DNA of 63,413 nt, filler included, from Perkinsus olseni (taxonomy: Eukaryota), in assembly GCA_013115125.1 (NCBI GenBank). It is 46 parts of 46 records of this genome, joined end to end, with 100 filler letters (N's around TTAATTAATTAA, not from the genome) between each part and the next. Parts side by side here need not be neighbours in the genome. Positions count along the whole stretch, not along the records: positions 60,804 to 62,058 come from JABANN010002003.1; positions 62,159 to 63,413 come from JABANN010002004.1; 44 more parts are not named here. One strand, given 5' to 3'. A model generated the notes under the pieces. It was given only the letters and a program-made list of their open reading frames with translations, was not told the DNA's origin and did no database searches. Positions 60,804-63,413 of the stretch are shown in pieces. Position numbers and translations under genes: made by a program. Each line of letters begins with the position of its first letter. The stretch's first letter is position 1.

Positions 60804-62058
60804 AGTATCTTAGCTTGACCCGTGCCTTTCTCATGAAGGTCTTCGGGTTTGCCTCCCACTTGGGTGCCGTTAAAGTATGTTGTGCCGGGAAGGGAGGTCT
60901 GTTGGCGACTGGTGGTACGGACGAGGCCATTCGTCTATACGACACCCTCAAGCGCCAGGCCAAGGGCTCTCTTGGTGTCCATGAGAACAGCGTCACTGCC
61001 CTTGCTGCAACTCCAAGGTAGTACTTCATCTTGGGAGGGAGGATTCGCCTTCTACTCGGGGACACTGGAATTCAATCGTGCCTGGGTTGCACGGCGATCT
61101 CGAACCCACCGCCGTAATGGTAGTAAAGGGCGGCTCATGAGCTCCCTTCCGACCTTCGTGATGAATTCCTCATGAGCTAGGGCGCGTTCGATGTGGCATT
61201 CCTAAGGGAGCTCGGGGGGGTGGTGTTCTGACAACGAGTAAATAACTCGAGAACTCATAGCGAACAGGTCGGTGATGTTTGTGTCTCTTCTTCCTCAGTG
61301 GTCACTGTATCCTGTCCGGCGCGGGTGATGGTAAGATATCCCTCACCCGCCTATCAGACTGTAGAGTGCTGAAGTCGTTCCGTGCTCACTCTAAGGGAGG
61401 TGTCGAGACCATCGCCGTCCACCCCAGCGGTCGGTTGGCCCTCTCCGCCGGGGCTGGCGAGCTCAGAATGTGGGACCTCACTCGAGGCACCTGCGCTGCC
61501 GTCACTAAGTTCACTGAACCGATCAGAGATGTCAAATGGGTTACTCTGGGCGAAGGAAAGGAAGGCTATGCTATTATGATGAATAGAAAAATTCAAGTCT
61601 TGTCTGTTTCGGACCAGCCCGGCGGAGAGGGGTCCCTTCCCAAGCCGTACGAGAGTGATGCGCTACTGTCAAGCATGTGTTTTGTCGATGGCTGCCTGGT
61701 CGTCGGGAAGGCTGATGGCTCTCTGGCCGTCCTCAGAATTGCCGCTAATGGGGACTTGATGGTGGAAAGTGAAGTCGCGCCCTCGGCCGATGACGATGAG
61801 ACTAACTTCGCCCACGGCAGTCGGGTTAAGGCCGTGATGGTAGCATTAGATGAGGAGGACCTCACCCTCATCGTCACGGTGTGCTCTGATGGCCGCTTCG
61901 TACTATGGCAGTTGGCGGCTGGTGAGCTCGCTGGGGTGGCCAGTGTGGATAGTGGCTGTCGTATCACGTCCGCCTGCACGGGCACGCTGGTCGAGACTAG
62001 CCCCGCTAAGGCCCAAGATGATGCCACAGCTGGTCACAAACGTAAGCGTCGGAAGCAC
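60804..62058 (+). CDS. PAK1IP1: PAK1IP1/Mak11-like WD40 60S ribosome biogenesis protein, partial; intron 61018-61298
   Basis: LATGGTDEAIRLYD, GSLGVHENSVTAL, LSGAGDGKI, AVHPSGRLALS, LRMWDL; GT-AG intron joins the frames; basic tail. Confidence 0.85.
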
Positions 62059-62158
62059 NNNNNNNNNNNNNNNNNNNNNNNNNNNNNNNNNNNNNNNNNN
62101 NNTTAATTAATTAANNNNNNNNNNNNNNNNNNNNNNNNNNNNNNNNNNNNNNNNNNNN

Positions 62159-62338
62159 CGAAGAGCGAAGAGCGAAGACTCGTCCGTCGTCGATCGTAGT
62201 AGCTCGATAGATACCCGGAAGAAGTCGCGATTCCACAACGGGTTCCGTATCCACCGGCGCATTTCGACCAACCGCGCCATCTACAGTGGAAGCCAGCAGA
62301 CCCACGATGAAGAATAGCCTCATCTCCACAGTTTGCAT
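62159..62338 (-). CDS. N-terminus of a secreted-type hypothetical protein
   Basis: MRLFFIVGLLASTVDG signal-peptide-like start; runs off contig. Confidence 0.4.
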
Positions 62339-63413
62339 GACTAGATCAAGTGAAACGATGAGATGAAGAATGGAATTCGTTTAATTACACTCTCTTCGTG
62401 CGTCTCGTCGCGTCGGCGTAAAAGCGCGCGCCATTATGATCGATGCCAGGACTGGCTTGGCGAGCGCATCTCCGTGGGAAATGATCATCCGGTGCGGGGT
62501 AGCGAACGACGGGAGTGGAACCATTGCACGATGAGCACTGAAGACAGAGGATCTGCTGAAACAGCTCATAGGAGCCTCCTGAGCAAGGCGCAAGGAGCAG
62601 CTAAGTGCTTCTGGGCGACTTGGGCCTGACGAGCCGTCACTGCTCCTGCTCTGCTCTTCGCGATTGAATTGCCGGTACTCAATGAGCCTGTGAAGAGGAA
62701 TACCGCGCACCGTGAACGTGGGGCGAAGTCCTGGTTGTTGATGTCAGACGAGCGCTGGCCGCAAGAAATTTACGTCGGACTGAGGACGCCCGGATGCATC
62801 TCCAGAACTTCCGTGACAGACTGTACATGGAGAATAGGATGATCTCCCACGGCAAAGTTGAGATCGGGTAACGGCAAACCTCCATGCCATGACCCAGCTG
62901 ACTGCGGCGTCCATCGTCCGCGCCAGGTTCATGCTCTTCTGTCTCTTCTACGTTATCACGATATACCTCAACTTCAAGTGGCCCGTGCCTGTCGACATCA
63001 GTAGCGACTTGCTGGCAGGAATTAAGACTACGAAAACATTTGACTCCATGTTAGAGCTGATCCAAGTAGGGAGCATCGTGCCTTGGGTGTAGGCTCGGTC
63101 AGATTGCGGTCCCCCCTCAGTCTGAGCCACAACGCCTGAAGCCATTTGAGCTTTTCGGACAAGACCGTGCCACTGTCACCGTTACATCCAATCCCAACAG
63201 CACTGATGGGCCCGACGTGCACGTTAAGGCGATGAAGCCTCTGAAACGTCCAGTGAGACCGTAGGGGCCCGTCCGCGGCCATAGCTGCTCGGCCGCAGGT
63301 CCTGGCGTTATTGCCTATGATTGTCATACACAGAGGGAAGGCACTAGACCGCTGCGGCCCACCTACCGCTCGAGAGCTCTCGCAGCGGTTTCCCGCGTAA
63401 AGGGCGAGCAGCA

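Overview
This is not a contiguous locus. It is 46 short unplaced contigs (1307 bp falling steadily to 1255 bp, i.e. size-sorted) joined by 45 artificial 100-bp spacers (N44-TTAATTAATTAA-N44), so adjacency across spacers has no biological meaning. The DNA is eukaryotic (short GT-AG introns). Gene and retroelement style suggests a Perkinsus-like alveolate, which is an unverified inference. Content is mostly transposable-element fragments: Ty3/Gypsy-like and BEL/Pao-like LTR retrotransposons (one complete LTR+PBS, one PPT+LTR), three DIRS/Ngaro-type RT fragments, two MULE fragments, a hAT-type zinc-finger N-terminus, and a TIR-flanked IS630/Tc1/mariner-like transposase with a very long D-E spacer. 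Host gene fragments include a PAK1IP1/Mak11-like WD40 protein, a FUSC/ALMT-like transporter with polyQ and an SLC52-like transporter. The most interesting signal is a ~1.08-kb tandem unit on two contigs; each unit carries two tRNA(Thr)-derived modules that keep A box, B box and a T4-5 terminator but have lost cloverleaf pairing and differ at the anticodon position. Also notable are dispersed perfect palindromes with a 1-nt centre, a Helitron-like terminus nested in two retroelements, and CCCH-finger Gag proteins.
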